In this document: positions 23,081 through 33,890 of the stretch, one piece after another
How positions within the stretch are numbered: the first letter of the stretch is position 1
How the letters are laid out: every line of letters begins with the position of its first letter
Source of the DNA: an uncultured Nitrososphaeraceae archaeon
GTDB lineage: Archaea > Thermoproteota > Nitrososphaeria > Nitrososphaerales > Nitrososphaeraceae
Length of the DNA stretch: 57,002 bases
Reading direction: 5' to 3'
Assembly: GCA_963765895.1 (NCBI GenBank)
Contig: CAVXZB010000027.1
Location: forward strand, 1-57,002
The notes under the pieces: generated by a model
Told to the model about the DNA's origin: nothing
The model's input: only the letters and a program-made list of their open reading frames with translations
Database searches by the model: none
Program-made: the position numbers and the translations under genes

Positions 23081-23651
23081 ATGAAGACAATCATTGCAAT
23101 ATCAGCCATTAGTATGTTAGTGTTAGGTATGTCAATCTTGCCGACGAGTGTGTATGCACAAGGCAGCGCATATACCAAAGGATACAAAGACGCATTATGC
23201 GACGCGGTATCATGTAATGGACATGGATACAAACCAAGTTGTCCAGGTGATCACAGTAGCGAATACTGCAATAATTATAGAGACGGGTATGCTGCAGGAT
23301 GGGATGCTTCAACGAATGCTAATAGTAATGGACAACAACATATCAACCCACCACCAACTCAGCAGTACCAATCAACACCAGACTGGACCCTAACTGTCAA
23401 TGTTGTGAGAGTACCATTCGGGGAGTCTACTCTTAATCTAGAAGTCCGGGGTCCGTTTGGTAGTCATCTTTATGATAGCATACCAAACTCTGAGAGTCCG
23501 AGGTACTACATTCAATATGCCAGGTGATCAGTATCCTACAGGTTATTACTACAGGGTATGCGTGAGCAGCAATATTGTCGGATTTTTCTTGCCTCATTGT
23601 GTGCGATATGTCCACGGCGAAGGGGACGAGTCAGTGAACGTGCGGCCATAG
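23081..23651 (+). CDS. secreted array protein 2 (frameshift near 23500)
   Basis: MKTIIAISAISMLVLGMSILPTSVYA; YTKGYKDA..CPGDHSSEYCNNYRDGY; C-terminal beta-rich domain. Confidence 0.7.
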
Positions 23652-23716
23652 CAATGCGGATCAGGCAAAGTTTTGCTAGACGAGCAGTTACCACGACCCC
23701 TAGCGGTGAGTGGACA

Positions 23717-24010
23717 ATGAAAGTCCTAGTGAGCGCAATGACAATCGTGGTGCTAATGATAGGTGCGCAGAGTGTATATGCACGTCATTTGACGGATGCA
23801 GAACAGGAAGCTGGTATAGGAGCTGACAAACAAGGTATACCTTGTACATTCGGTCCTTCTCACGATGAATGTCGTGATCAATTCCTTGAAAGAACAAATA
23901 ACTTACCTACACTTCCGTCAAATCAGCATTATGGAGAATGTGAAGCAGTTGGACCTAATAACGAATTAGGATGTGATATTCTTAACGACGACGGGTCACC
24001 AAATCCATGA
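23717..24010 (+). CDS. secreted array protein 3
   Basis: MKVLVSAMTIVVLMIGAQSVYA; four Cys. Confidence 0.75.
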   Translation: MKVLVSAMTIVVLMIGAQSVYARHLTDAEQEAGIGADKQGIPCTFGPSHDECRDQFLERTNNLPTLPSNQHYGECEAVGPNNELGCDILNDDGSPNP

Positions 24011-24273
24011 AAGTAATATTGGGCGCAATTGTGGTCCTAACACTAATGATAGGCGCGCCATTAATGTATGCACCTAGCGATTCGTATAAGAAAGGATATT
24101 CAGAGGGTGTGAGAGATGGGCATAATATGATATTCCATCAGGCTAAATTAATAGACTATGATGGTGTGCATCATACATTTGGCCAGGGATATGTGGATGG
24201 ATGGAGATCAACATGTAAAGAAATGGGATTAGATACTGGCCCTGATAGCGGCTGTGAGCTTTCTATGGACTGA
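24007..24273 (+). CDS. secreted array protein 4
   Basis: ATGA overlap; MKVILGAIVVLTLMIGAP; YKKGYSEGVRDG...FGQGYVDGW. Confidence 0.75.
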   Translation: MKVILGAIVVLTLMIGAPLMYAPSDSYKKGYSEGVRDGHNMIFHQAKLIDYDGVHHTFGQGYVDGWRSTCKEMGLDTGPDSGCELSMD

Positions 24274-24288
24274 AGTAATGATTGACCT

Positions 24289-24684
24289 ATGAAAACAATA
24301 ATCATAACAACAGTTGCAGTTATGGTCCTAGTTGCGTCGCTAGGCGCACAGTCGGTGTATGCAGAGGTCATACATTCTGACCATCCAAAAGTTGATTATC
24401 AATTGGGCTTCAAATGGGGTGTCCGGGATGCACAATTTAAATGCAGTCCCCACTGTAACTCGACCAATGTATACATATGGCATTCGCCTAACGGCTTTAT
24501 CAATCAGACCAATGACTTTATTGATGGATATGTAACCGGATTCTGTAAAGTTGTCGGGCCAGACTCAGGAATGGATGAGCCAGAGGCAGACTTTGACTGT
24601 AATAAAGGGCCACCTTCTGCAGGTTGGATGATAGGGAAGACGATCACAGGTACATATACATCCAAATACCCATCACGGAATTAG
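24289..24684 (+). CDS. secreted array protein 5
   Basis: MKTIIITTVAVMVLVASLGAQSVYA; YQLGFKWGVRDA..C...C..YI..GF..QT..FIDGYVTGFC. Confidence 0.75.
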   Translation: MKTIIITTVAVMVLVASLGAQSVYAEVIHSDHPKVDYQLGFKWGVRDAQFKCSPHCNSTNVYIWHSPNGFINQTNDFIDGYVTGFCKVVGPDSGMDEPEADFDCNKGPPSAGWMIGKTITGTYTSKYPSRN

Positions 24685-24689
24685 GGGAA

Positions 24690-25005
24690 ATGAAAACGAA
24701 AATACTATTTAGCGCAGTTGCAGTTGTCATACTAATGATAGGCGCGCCCAGTGTATACGCAAGCAATGATTTCAGTCCGCTTCCACATGCTAAAGATCCA
24801 CAAGCCGCTTATCAGGCCGGATATGCACACGGCGTAGCTGACGCAAAGGCTGGTTTGTACGGATAGATGTCACTGGTATATATTAGAACCTGGAAAAGGC
24901 TTTGGATTTCATACACAGGAGTTCGTTCAGGGATATATTGCTGCTATGTGTGCGGCGGGTAACGGTAGCGATGCAGATGAGGCAACATGGAGTTGTCCTT
25001 CATGA
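24690..25005 (+). CDS. secreted array protein 6 (frameshift near 24855)
   Basis: MKTKILFSAVAVVILMIGAPSVYA; YQAGYAHGVADA / CTDRCHWYILEPGKGFGFHTQEFVQGY...DADEATWSCPS*. Confidence 0.7.
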
Positions 25006-25030
25006 TACCTAGATTGGAGAGGATGTTACA

Positions 25031-25363
25031 ATGAAAACAATATTAGGAATAGTCGCAGTCATAGCGGTGCTAATGATAGGCGCACCAACTATACAGGCAT
25101 TCGAAGGAACCTCCAAACATGGGTATGATGCTGGATATTTTGCAGCAAAATCAGGAAAGCCATATGATTTTAGTTCAAACCATACAGCAAAGTACAAACT
25201 GGGATATGATTTTGGTTATCGTGATGGTATACAGGATAGTCCATACGACCCAATAAAGAAATACGCGAACAAAGATTCAGAACAGGAGGATGGTATACCA
25301 TACGATGCACAGGGAAGACCGTGTATTTTCGGTCCTGATCATACCGAGTGTCTAGGGCATTAA
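25031..25363 (+). CDS. secreted array protein 7
   Basis: MKTILGIVAVIAVLMIGAP; GYDAGY..HTAKYKLGYDFGYRDG; QGRPCIFGPDHTEC. Confidence 0.75.
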   Translation: MKTILGIVAVIAVLMIGAPTIQAFEGTSKHGYDAGYFAAKSGKPYDFSSNHTAKYKLGYDFGYRDGIQDSPYDPIKKYANKDSEQEDGIPYDAQGRPCIFGPDHTECLGH

Positions 25364-25606
25364 ATTTCGTATACAACCGCGCTGCCTATTTGAACATCTT
25401 TGCAGTCGCATCTGAACTGTGCCTGCTGGTCTGGGCTTGGTCCGCTTGACCAGCTCTTTTTGCCACATTGGCCTTCATACGCCTTACCTATCTGTTTAAA
25501 ACCTGTGCCTAAATCAACCTGTACTTCGCTATGCGCGCCCGCTGGAATTTGGCGTATTACATGGGCAAGACCAATGTTTTTACCTTTAACTGGCCAACAT
25601 TGGCTT
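25360..25606 (-). pseudogene. 5'-truncated relic related to the 12525-13427 family
   Basis: Open frame GKNIGL...SEVQVD...QFRCD..DVQIGSAVVYEI*; its stop overlaps the stop of array protein 7. Confidence 0.5.
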
Positions 25607-25875
25607 ATTTATAACGCTTTTTCCGATATAATTATCCCCGGATGGATGAAAAATCCAATATCTTCAAATGTGTTAAAACTTGCAAGATGAAACTAAATAC
25701 TTAGTTTGCATCCACTAATTGCCACTATCTATAAATATCATCAATTTAGAGTCGATAGATATTAAGTTCATAGCAAGCCCTGATACTTTTACCTATCGAT
25801 AGTATCAGTTAGTCATCAGTAAGTAAGAAAATTTGCTTACCTTTTGGTAACTGTCCAATTTAAATATAATAAATA

Positions 25876-26736
25876 ATGAATAAAGGGGTTATGCAATATG
25901 AAAAATACAGTCAGATAAACTTGTTGGGCACGCTATGTCTAGCCGTAATCCTTATCGTAACTCTTTCATTAACTACACAAGCTGGTATCGCAAATGCGCA
26001 GAACAAAACAATATCCACAGAACCTAATGGGATAAAGGGCCAGATAACAAATGCTACCAAAATAAATATCGTTTTAGTTCATGGTGCAGGAGCTGACGCA
26101 TCTTCATGGAGTAAAGTAATCCCTATTCTACTAGACGCAGGACACAAAGTTATCGCAGTACAGCTTCCTCTCCATTCTCTGGCAGATGATGTATCTACAG
26201 TAAAGCGTGCAATTGATCTATTGGGTGGACCAACTATTCTTGTAGGACATTCATATGGTGGAGAGGTAATCTCAAACGCTGCTTATAATAATCCCAATGT
26301 CAAAGGTCTTGTTTACATTGCTGCATTAGCTCCTAAAGAAGGTCAATCTATCAGTAGCTTCACCGATCCTACCAAGTTTCCAAAAGGCTCTTTAATAATT
26401 GATAGAGGGGGCTTTGCATACTTTAACCCAAATTTATTCCATAATTCATTTTCAGATATTGATCCGACTCAAGCTAAGATCTTAGCCGTTACACAAAAGC
26501 CAATTAACATGTCAATTTTTACTGAAAAATCTGGCCCACCAGCTTGGAAGCAACTTCCGACATGGTATCAAGTATCTGAAAACGATCGCAATATCCCTCC
26601 TGCTGTCGAACGTTTATTTGCAAAACAGATGAATGCTACTACTATCTCAATTCCCTCTAGTCATTTGTCGCTTCTATCTCACCCAAATGAAGTCGCCCAA
26701 TTAATTCTAAATGCAACTAATGGAGTCGTCAAATAG
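25876..26736 (+). CDS. secreted alpha/beta hydrolase (Abhydrolase_6-like)
   Basis: LVHGAGAD, GHSYGG, D...SSH triad; signal peptide. Confidence 0.9.
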   Translation: MNKGVMQYEKYSQINLLGTLCLAVILIVTLSLTTQAGIANAQNKTISTEPNGIKGQITNATKINIVLVHGAGADASSWSKVIPILLDAGHKVIAVQLPLHSLADDVSTVKRAIDLLGGPTILVGHSYGGEVISNAAYNNPNVKGLVYIAALAPKEGQSISSFTDPTKFPKGSLIIDRGGFAYFNPNLFHNSFSDIDPTQAKILAVTQKPINMSIFTEKSGPPAWKQLPTWYQVSENDRNIPPAVERLFAKQMNATTISIPSSHLSLLSHPNEVAQLILNATNGVVK

Positions 26737-27385
26737 CATGACGGAGTAGCGGTATTGGACCTGACAGAACTCAAAGACCTTCATATTATAAGACTGTCTG
26801 CCAGACCGGACATTGACGGCAGTCTTTTATGTTTTATTCAGCACAGGAATTACTATGAATCCTGATTATTGCAACTGTAACGACTTTGAAAAGGCGAATA
26901 GAGATGTATATTGATCGTCTAAGACTCCATCCTATACATTTGATCTCTCAATCCAGAAATCGTTTTTAATCTGATTTATTTCATAACATAAGTGGAAGAC
27001 ATTTTTTTCCGATATACTTATCCTAGATCTAATAGAACGTCCGTTATAATAATCCGATTTGATTTCAGTCCGTTATCGAGCTACCACATTGTACAAGTAT
27101 TGGTTTTCTATTTTTAGATTATTCAGCCTACACATAGGATGCAGCATTCTTGATAATATTTATAATCTGGCATCGCTCCTATCTTATTATAACGCTTTTT
27201 CCGATATAATTATGCTGGACGTGTTAAAAAGTCCGATATTGTCCGGTGTGTTAAATGTATTGCATGTTAACGGAATTAAATACGTGATTCACATCGACTA
27301 ATTGCTACTATCTAGTTATCATCAATTGGGAGACGCCAGATATTAAGTTCATAAGTCATGATAGGTTACCTATCAATAGGATCGG

Positions 27386-27620
27386 CTAGTTATGAATAAG
27401 ATTGGACAGTCCTAATAGCTTCGATTTATTCGCCGCCGGATCTTTGTATTTTATGTGATGCACTATCGACTCCAGATGTACATTTCTTATATCAGGATGC
27501 AATACGCAGTAAAAGAATCCTTGCTTTATAGATACGATGGAATGACATGGGCTCTTATCTAAATCATGTTCTGGAAGTGGTACATGAGGCATAGTCGGAT
27601 CATCATAAAAGAAGTCGGAT
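27386..27620 (-). pseudogene. C-terminal Zn-finger-like relic of an element gene
   Basis: YCVLHPDIRNVHLESIVHHIKYKDP; its end (SKLLGLSNLIHN*) matches SELLKLSKLTHG* at 15947-15985. Confidence 0.5.
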
Positions 27621-28507
27621 GCCGAGCCGAGATTGGTGTATCAATTTAGTTCATAGCTAGGAACACGAGCACCCTTACCTGTGTCATCTTTCTCTGTTTA
27701 GATCGCTATTAGTGAAGGTCAGGAAAGGTATCGGATAAGATATAATTGTCAGTTATCTATAGAATTGGATCTATCAGTCAGAAGATGTCTCCTTCGTTAT
27801 CATCCCAACATGATCAGGAACCTGTAAAAACATCATCTCAACTACAAAGTATATAACAAATAAGTCTAAAAAGAAGAGCAATAAGTTGGTTGTAGTTGCT
27901 GATACTCCAGAAGAATCAGCACAATTTGTCCTAGATGTGTATAATGAGTTTGAACCAATAGGCTAATCTAAACTAGATTTTGAAGTAATTCTTCCCTGTA
28001 ATTAGATACAGGTGATCTAATTTTTTCCTTTTCTTTTATTTCAATTTGTGGTTCGCAATCTGACCATGCTACAATGCCACCACAATGAAAGCAATGATAA
28101 ATAATCCTAGTTTTTGATACAGTCATAGGTACCAATTGCTTACTAGACGCACCCGGGCAATTACAATCTAGACTATGGAATTTTGGCGTATAGTATACTT
28201 ATCTCCAGTAGTTAAAACAAACTACTGTGTTAAAAGTTCGAGCTAAGATTGTATCAAGACAATATCCTAAAACATTCGAATGGGAAAGTTTAGAGAAATG
28301 GAGCGTCTCAAGTACATCCTATTTGTCATGTACAGTCCGATAGAATGCACAAATGACTGCCACAGTCATCTGGGCATCTACAGTCCAATTGCTGAATTAT
28401 TAAATGGTCATGTGACGATTTTCTATTTGTTATTTTGCAGAGAGTTTATCCAACTGAAAATTGGCATATCTATTGAATAATAGGTAATACGTTGGTAAGA
28501 AAAGCAC

Positions 28508-28923
28508 ATGCCATATGGTTATTATAGTTTAAGTCACTTAGCCGAAAATATAACAATGGTACTTGAACAACACTCACAACTTCCTGCCATAACTCCTGAA
28601 GACGTTATCAGTCATTTTTTACAGTCGCTCACTCTTGGGATAGACATCGCTGTTGGCGTCGTTATAGCAATATCCATTATACGCGGATTATTATGTACAT
28701 AAAGCTAATACGAAGATCTCCGCTTGAGCAAACAAAAGAAGAGGAAGGCATAAAGCGTTTTGTAGGAAATAGTCTGATTCTTGCCCTAGACCTCCAAGTA
28801 GGTAGCGACATCATAAAAACGATACTGACTCCATCGGATAGGGAACTTATTTCGCTTGCTGTTATAGTAGCTATAAGGATAATACTTAGTTGGTCGTTAT
28901 CAAGGGAGATCAAGACGACGTGA
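28508..28923 (+). CDS. DUF1622 membrane protein (frameshift near 28695)
   Basis: LILALDLQVGSDIIKTILTPS..EL..LAVIVAIRIILSWSL.REI. Confidence 0.8.
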
Positions 28924-29623
28924 AAATCAGTGCAACGGTGTACTTTTTGCAGGATAACCTAATATCTACAATCGAACTTGGATATAGATGATTTAAATGC
29001 AAAGATATTCAAATCTATGTAAGAAGAATAACTAAAAGAGTCCAAATTTATTAAAAAGGCAAACTTCAAAAATAAACAGATTCTAGTAAAGAGAAATGAC
29101 CTGTACATGATATTATCGAGCTTGAGATAATATCAATGCTAAATCAGATGAGGATTTATGATGCAGAAGAGATTCAGGAAAAAACTGAAGTATTAGTAAA
29201 AACGAGCCTGATTTAACCTTCATTATTATTCATCAACTAAAAGACAGGGCGCGCAGAGGTACAAACCAAGATAGAAGAATTAGAAGATTGAATTAGTCAT
29301 TGAGACAGCGTAATAAAGTAATAGGTGATGCCATAGCACAATTATCGAATGATCTTGTCTATTTATCAGATAGGTTATGGGAGATTGAGAAAAGCCGAAA
29401 ATGGCGTCTCTAAAGTTTCGTTCTTGTTATATGCTACATTACCCATTAATCCAGAACTTTTTGCCGAGAACTAGGTTGACAAAACTATATCTTTTATTTT
29501 GACATCATCCAATAAAGGTTTAGTATCAAATGATATTAAGTGATTGATTGACTTTGGCCTTAACTATGTTAACTTACATGGTTTAGCATGGCTTTATTAT
29601 AACTTGTTTTCTTTATTACCACT

Positions 29624-29857
29624 ATGCGTAGTAATCAATCCATAAAGGTAATTAGATCACCTAAATATGGAATAGCCAAGAACGAAGGTGCAGACATGCA
29701 TGATACTGCAGTACAGTATGAGAAAAAATTATTTCATGAACATGACTTTATTAAAATAGGGAAAGAAACAAATAGTTCTCTTATCCGTTGCATTACCTGC
29801 GACAGATACTACTGCGACCTTTGGCAAGGCTTTGGAGTAAAGAATCTAGACAACTAA
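29624..29857 (+). CDS. small Zn-finger-like protein (probable frameshift at 3' end)
   Basis: HEHDF...RCITCDRYYCDL[C]GKAL. Confidence 0.5.
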   Translation: MRSNQSIKVIRSPKYGIAKNEGADMHDTAVQYEKKLFHEHDFIKIGKETNSSLIRCITCDRYYCDLWQGFGVKNLDN

Positions 29858-29962
29858 AGAATCAAGACATGCTCTATTATAATATGGAATTTAACACATA
29901 AATCATTGCAAAAAAACTCTATTCAGATCTGCTATTGAAGGACAGCATGGAAATGGGATTTT

Positions 29963-30721
29963 TTATTTATTACGATCCTTCATACATGATAAGGAAGAAG
30001 GGATTTCTTGCAACGCCGGTATAATCTGCGCATATGTTAGCATTCCGTATCCCTGATCTTTTAACTTGCGTATCATCTCTTTTTGTTCTTCTAATGCTGC
30101 ATGTGGATCTCGTGGATGCAAAGCAATTCTGATAACTTTGGGCTTTTGTTTAATTAAAAGATTGAAACACCTTTCGTCTCTACTAATATTTACAATATTC
30201 TTTTCTGGATATCCAGTAGAATCCCAATTTAAGACCTTTGAAACTTTTATTTTCCTAAATGCATTGTGGGAAAGCAATACGAATTTTTCTTGTGTTTCTG
30301 CTAAACTAAATCCTAACTTCTCTAATACCTCAATTGAGCTATTGTTTAGCTTCCAAGCTGGTGGTATAAACACATTAGGCTTTATCCCTATTTCTTGAAA
30401 TATCTCGAGCCCTACACGTATTTCCTCTTCTGCAGTGGCTCTTGTTATCGTATGAAAATCATCAAATCTCCCATTTTTCTTCTCATGATAAAGACCATGT
30501 AAAGCTATTTCACATCTATTGTAAGATTTGATTTTATCTACAAATTCAGGAAATCTTGGAAGATCTTGCTTTTCGTTAAAGAATGGCACCAACGCAATAT
30601 TATAATTTATCCCTAACCTTTCAAGCTCATCAGCAAACTTGAATATCTTTGCTGAAAAAGCAGGACATGCATCATGTATTGTAACTACTGTTAATGGTGT
30701 TTGCTGATGTAACTGTGACAT
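29963..30721 (-). CDS. DUF2334 / polysaccharide deacetylase family
   Basis: TIHDACP, ALHGLYH, FIPPAW, RIALHPRD. Confidence 0.85.
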   Translation of the reverse strand: MSQLHQQTPLTVVTIHDACPAFSAKIFKFADELERLGINYNIALVPFFNEKQDLPRFPEFVDKIKSYNRCEIALHGLYHEKKNGRFDDFHTITRATAEEEIRVGLEIFQEIGIKPNVFIPPAWKLNNSSIEVLEKLGFSLAETQEKFVLLSHNAFRKIKVSKVLNWDSTGYPEKNIVNISRDERCFNLLIKQKPKVIRIALHPRDPHAALEEQKEMIRKLKDQGYGMLTYAQIIPALQEIPSSLSCMKDRNK

Positions 30722-31107
30722 ATATTGTAATGTTCTACCTTTAGCCGTGCATATTTATTATTTAAATTATTATCTTCTACTTGGATTTACGAGTTCAGAA
30801 TAAACGATCATTACATATTTATAATTTTCATATGAAGAGTCGTTATCGATATTTGTTACCACGTTGATATGAACTGGGATACTTAGAATCATATTATTAT
30901 TGTTATTTCAGGAGTCTTGCTTTGAATAAATATAATAGGAATGTAGTCATACCAATCGTGAGTGCCATTATTGATACGAATCATAAAATATCCTTCTCGA
31001 TCAAATAGTATGACATATCTTGAACAGCAATAAAAGCATGTAGCTCATCTGCAAGACATACATTCTGCCAGTGATCGTAGATTCAGTGTATTTCTAAGGT
31101 TCTAAGA

Positions 31108-31440
31108 TTGAATATATCAAAAGAAAGAAATATGTTTGTGGTAGAGAGATTTTTATCAAATGTTGTAAAAGAATATGGAAACCATCCAGTTTCCAAAGAT
31201 TGTGGTATCTGTTATCCACAAGCCTGTCAGTTCTTGAAACTAAATCGTCATCACATTCATTCTTCATATAAGAAAAGCATCATGGAAAGGACTATACAGT
31301 ACATAAAGGATAAGACTGAATGTTTCGACGATTATTTTCCATGTAGAAAGAAAAACTGCAAATTGAAACCTGTACAAAAATGGTTAAATTTATTTGCGTA
31401 TCACCATAACAAGGAGAAAATAGCTTAACTTTACAGAGCC
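31108..31440 (+). mobile_element. IS6-family transposase C-terminal fragment with right inverted repeat
   Basis: SKERNMFVVERFL..YG.HPVS.D.G..YPQAC...ERTIQYIKD.TECFDDYFPC; followed by TTAACTTTACAGAGCC (31425-31440). Confidence 0.85.
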
Positions 31441-31475
31441 GGAAAAAAGGATTTTATCTAACGTATATTCAGAAT

Positions 31476-32206
31476 TTATCCCATATTCATAGACATATTC
31501 ACACTTTCTCTGTTTTGTGGTTCATGTGACTGTGATCTTGTTGGCATTACCAGTGTCTTTTCGATCTTTTCTAGTCCGATGCCGTTTATTAACGTCCCAA
31601 ACATTTCATGAGTACTTGCAAAATGATTTTCAGTTTTGACTGTGTCTATTATAAGCCCAAGGACATGCTGTCTTCCCATAAGATGCACAGTAATGGGAAC
31701 TTGTTTGAACTTTAAGGCGCCATCGGAGTAAATATTTCCGATTCCAGTAATTATCATATCGCCACCACCAATTATTACATTATTTGATACAAAATTATTA
31801 ATTGAATGGATATGAGATTCACTACCGTCGGGTTTTACCATAGTAAAATTAGCTGAAAAAGCGGCTTTAGGAGAGGGAACGGGAGGACAGCGGCTGTATT
31901 ATTAGAGATTCTGTTATTCATATTAGTATTATTGCTTACTACAAGATCCCATAAACCACCCTGTATCCAAGTGACCGAACCATTTTGTATTTGATTATTT
32001 GCAAAGTGATCTGATGCTTGTATTCCACTAACTTGTTGTTCAGTGCTGGCTTTTTTTGTACTTAGTTCGATTATTTTTACCCTCGAGTACATGGCTTTAT
32101 GAAGTGAGGCACTAGCAATTTTAATGAGATATGGTGCCGATAATAATGAAATAGCTAAGAGAGTAAAAAGTAATGGTATAAGAAAGGTAGGACTGTTCCT
32201 GTACAT
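31476..32206 (-). CDS. secreted hypothetical protein (frameshift near 31870)
   Basis: Signal peptide; WIQGGLWDL / MVKPDGSESHIHSI...HF..FG, a thaumarchaeal pattern. Confidence 0.6.
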
Positions 32207-33254
32207 GTTCTTTCTTTTAGAAATGCAATGTATATTCTTATAAATATGGTATTCTGTGGACCTGCACATTTAATTTTAGAAATATTTGTTCTTTCGTCTC
32301 GTCACATGTTTTCATAAGCTAGTCGTATAGATGTGATACAAGGTCAGGACATGCATATTTCTATATACTTATCCTTCGAATTATAGTTGTGAGTAAATTA
32401 CTAATTGGATTGGCGATAGGAGTTGCGGCATTTATGATAGGGACCTGTGTATATATGAATTGTAGAAAGAAGAAAAATGCTTTGAAAAATACTGATGTTG
32501 ATCTCGATTTACCTCAACCTATTAGTTAGTGAAACGCCGTATCTTATTCCTAAGTTGCCCATATTTTCTTAACCTAACCAACGCCTGTCTCTACTATTTC
32601 ATTAATTGTGATTGCGGATTTGCTGTATTATTCAATACTTAAGTCATATACTATGCAGATACTCGTATCGAAATTCCAACCAAAACTCCTACACAATCAT
32701 CTGTGAGAAGCTGGTAGTGTAGCTTTTATTAAGATGTAATCAATGATTTTCTTTTTCAGATAAAAATCGTGTCAAACCTCAACTAGAAGAGAATATTGGC
32801 CCAATTGACTTTCGAAAAGTTTACTGTGAACCATGAGGATGTTGATGGGTTTTTTGAAGGCTTGTTTGGGAAACTGATGCCACATAGTTTAAGTGCCAAC
32901 CAGGGTTATAATCAGTCAGAGATATCACGACAGTTTAAGAATATGGTGGTCTGAGGTAGCCTGCATTAGGAGTTCGTATTCAACCTAGTTGCTAGCGTGT
33001 TGTAGAGGTATTTCCTTCCAGAGCCCTACATGCAGAAGCATTATTATACATACAAGCGTTAATGAGTTGTTTCATCTGCAAGCTGCCATTCTGTGCAAAA
33101 ACAGTTGGTGCAGTAATTGTTGTCAAGCACCTAATGCTGTGATAACTGCGATGATCACAACTGTAATAAATAACGTAGCTTTCATTAATATTTTCGTTCC
33201 GTTCATTTATATAAATTGTGGTCATATAGAAGATTCAGTTGCAAGGACGGTTAA

Positions 33255-33490
33255 GTTTTGTCATCAAATTTGATCTTACCCTATAACTGGATTCATAGAT
33301 CATTGTAACTGCGCCATTTATTTGGGCTTTCAGTTTGCCTAGCTCTTCATGGTTAATGAGTTGTCTAGACATCTTTAGCAATTGGCGCGCGCATTTCTAC
33401 TAACGTGTTCAGTCTTCTCATCTATTGCCTCATCAAATCTTTTATTAGGATATTCTTGACGTTCCCTGCGAATTCTAGTCTCTCCATTCA
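33255..33490 (-). pseudogene. relic: Rep-like C-terminus followed by SWIM-gene N-terminus
   Basis: RIRRERQEYPNKRFDEAIDEK then MSRQLINHEELGKLKAQINGAVTMIYESSYRVRS; same order as 13915-14460. Confidence 0.75.
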
Positions 33491-33890
33491 GGAAACAAAC
33501 AATAGACCCTGGAACATGCATAACATAGAATGAAACAATGGCAAGACATAGACTAGCTTAAGAGAAATAGCAGTCCTTCAAGGTCAGGTCGCATTGCAAA
33601 CCCATATCAGGGAGTATTTTTTCATTGCGCATGGATTATCGGAGAAAGAAAAGTCACCCCCTTGTATCTTACATATCATTACCATGGTCAGTGTATTATC
33701 ATAGTCCGTATTAATAATATTAATTCAATTAATCAATCAATCGATATATGACTATTTCGTATAATAAAGTTCAATAGAGCAAGAATTCTAAACATGAAAA
33801 GTAATTCGATCTCTACAATCAGAGCTAGTTATTATTAGTAATAATATGTTTTTAGCTAATTTTATGTTATCAGACCTGTAACAGGTACTC

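Noticed and set aside
22777-25363. RiPP or DGR interpretation of the peptide array
   Set aside because: Leaders are hydrophobic Sec-type signals; no modifying enzymes, reverse transcriptase or adenine-specific template/variable repeat pair in the window.
25400-25690. Plus-strand 96-aa ORF as an eighth array member
   Set aside because: No signal peptide; a chimera of the antisense of a minus-strand relic and repeat A.
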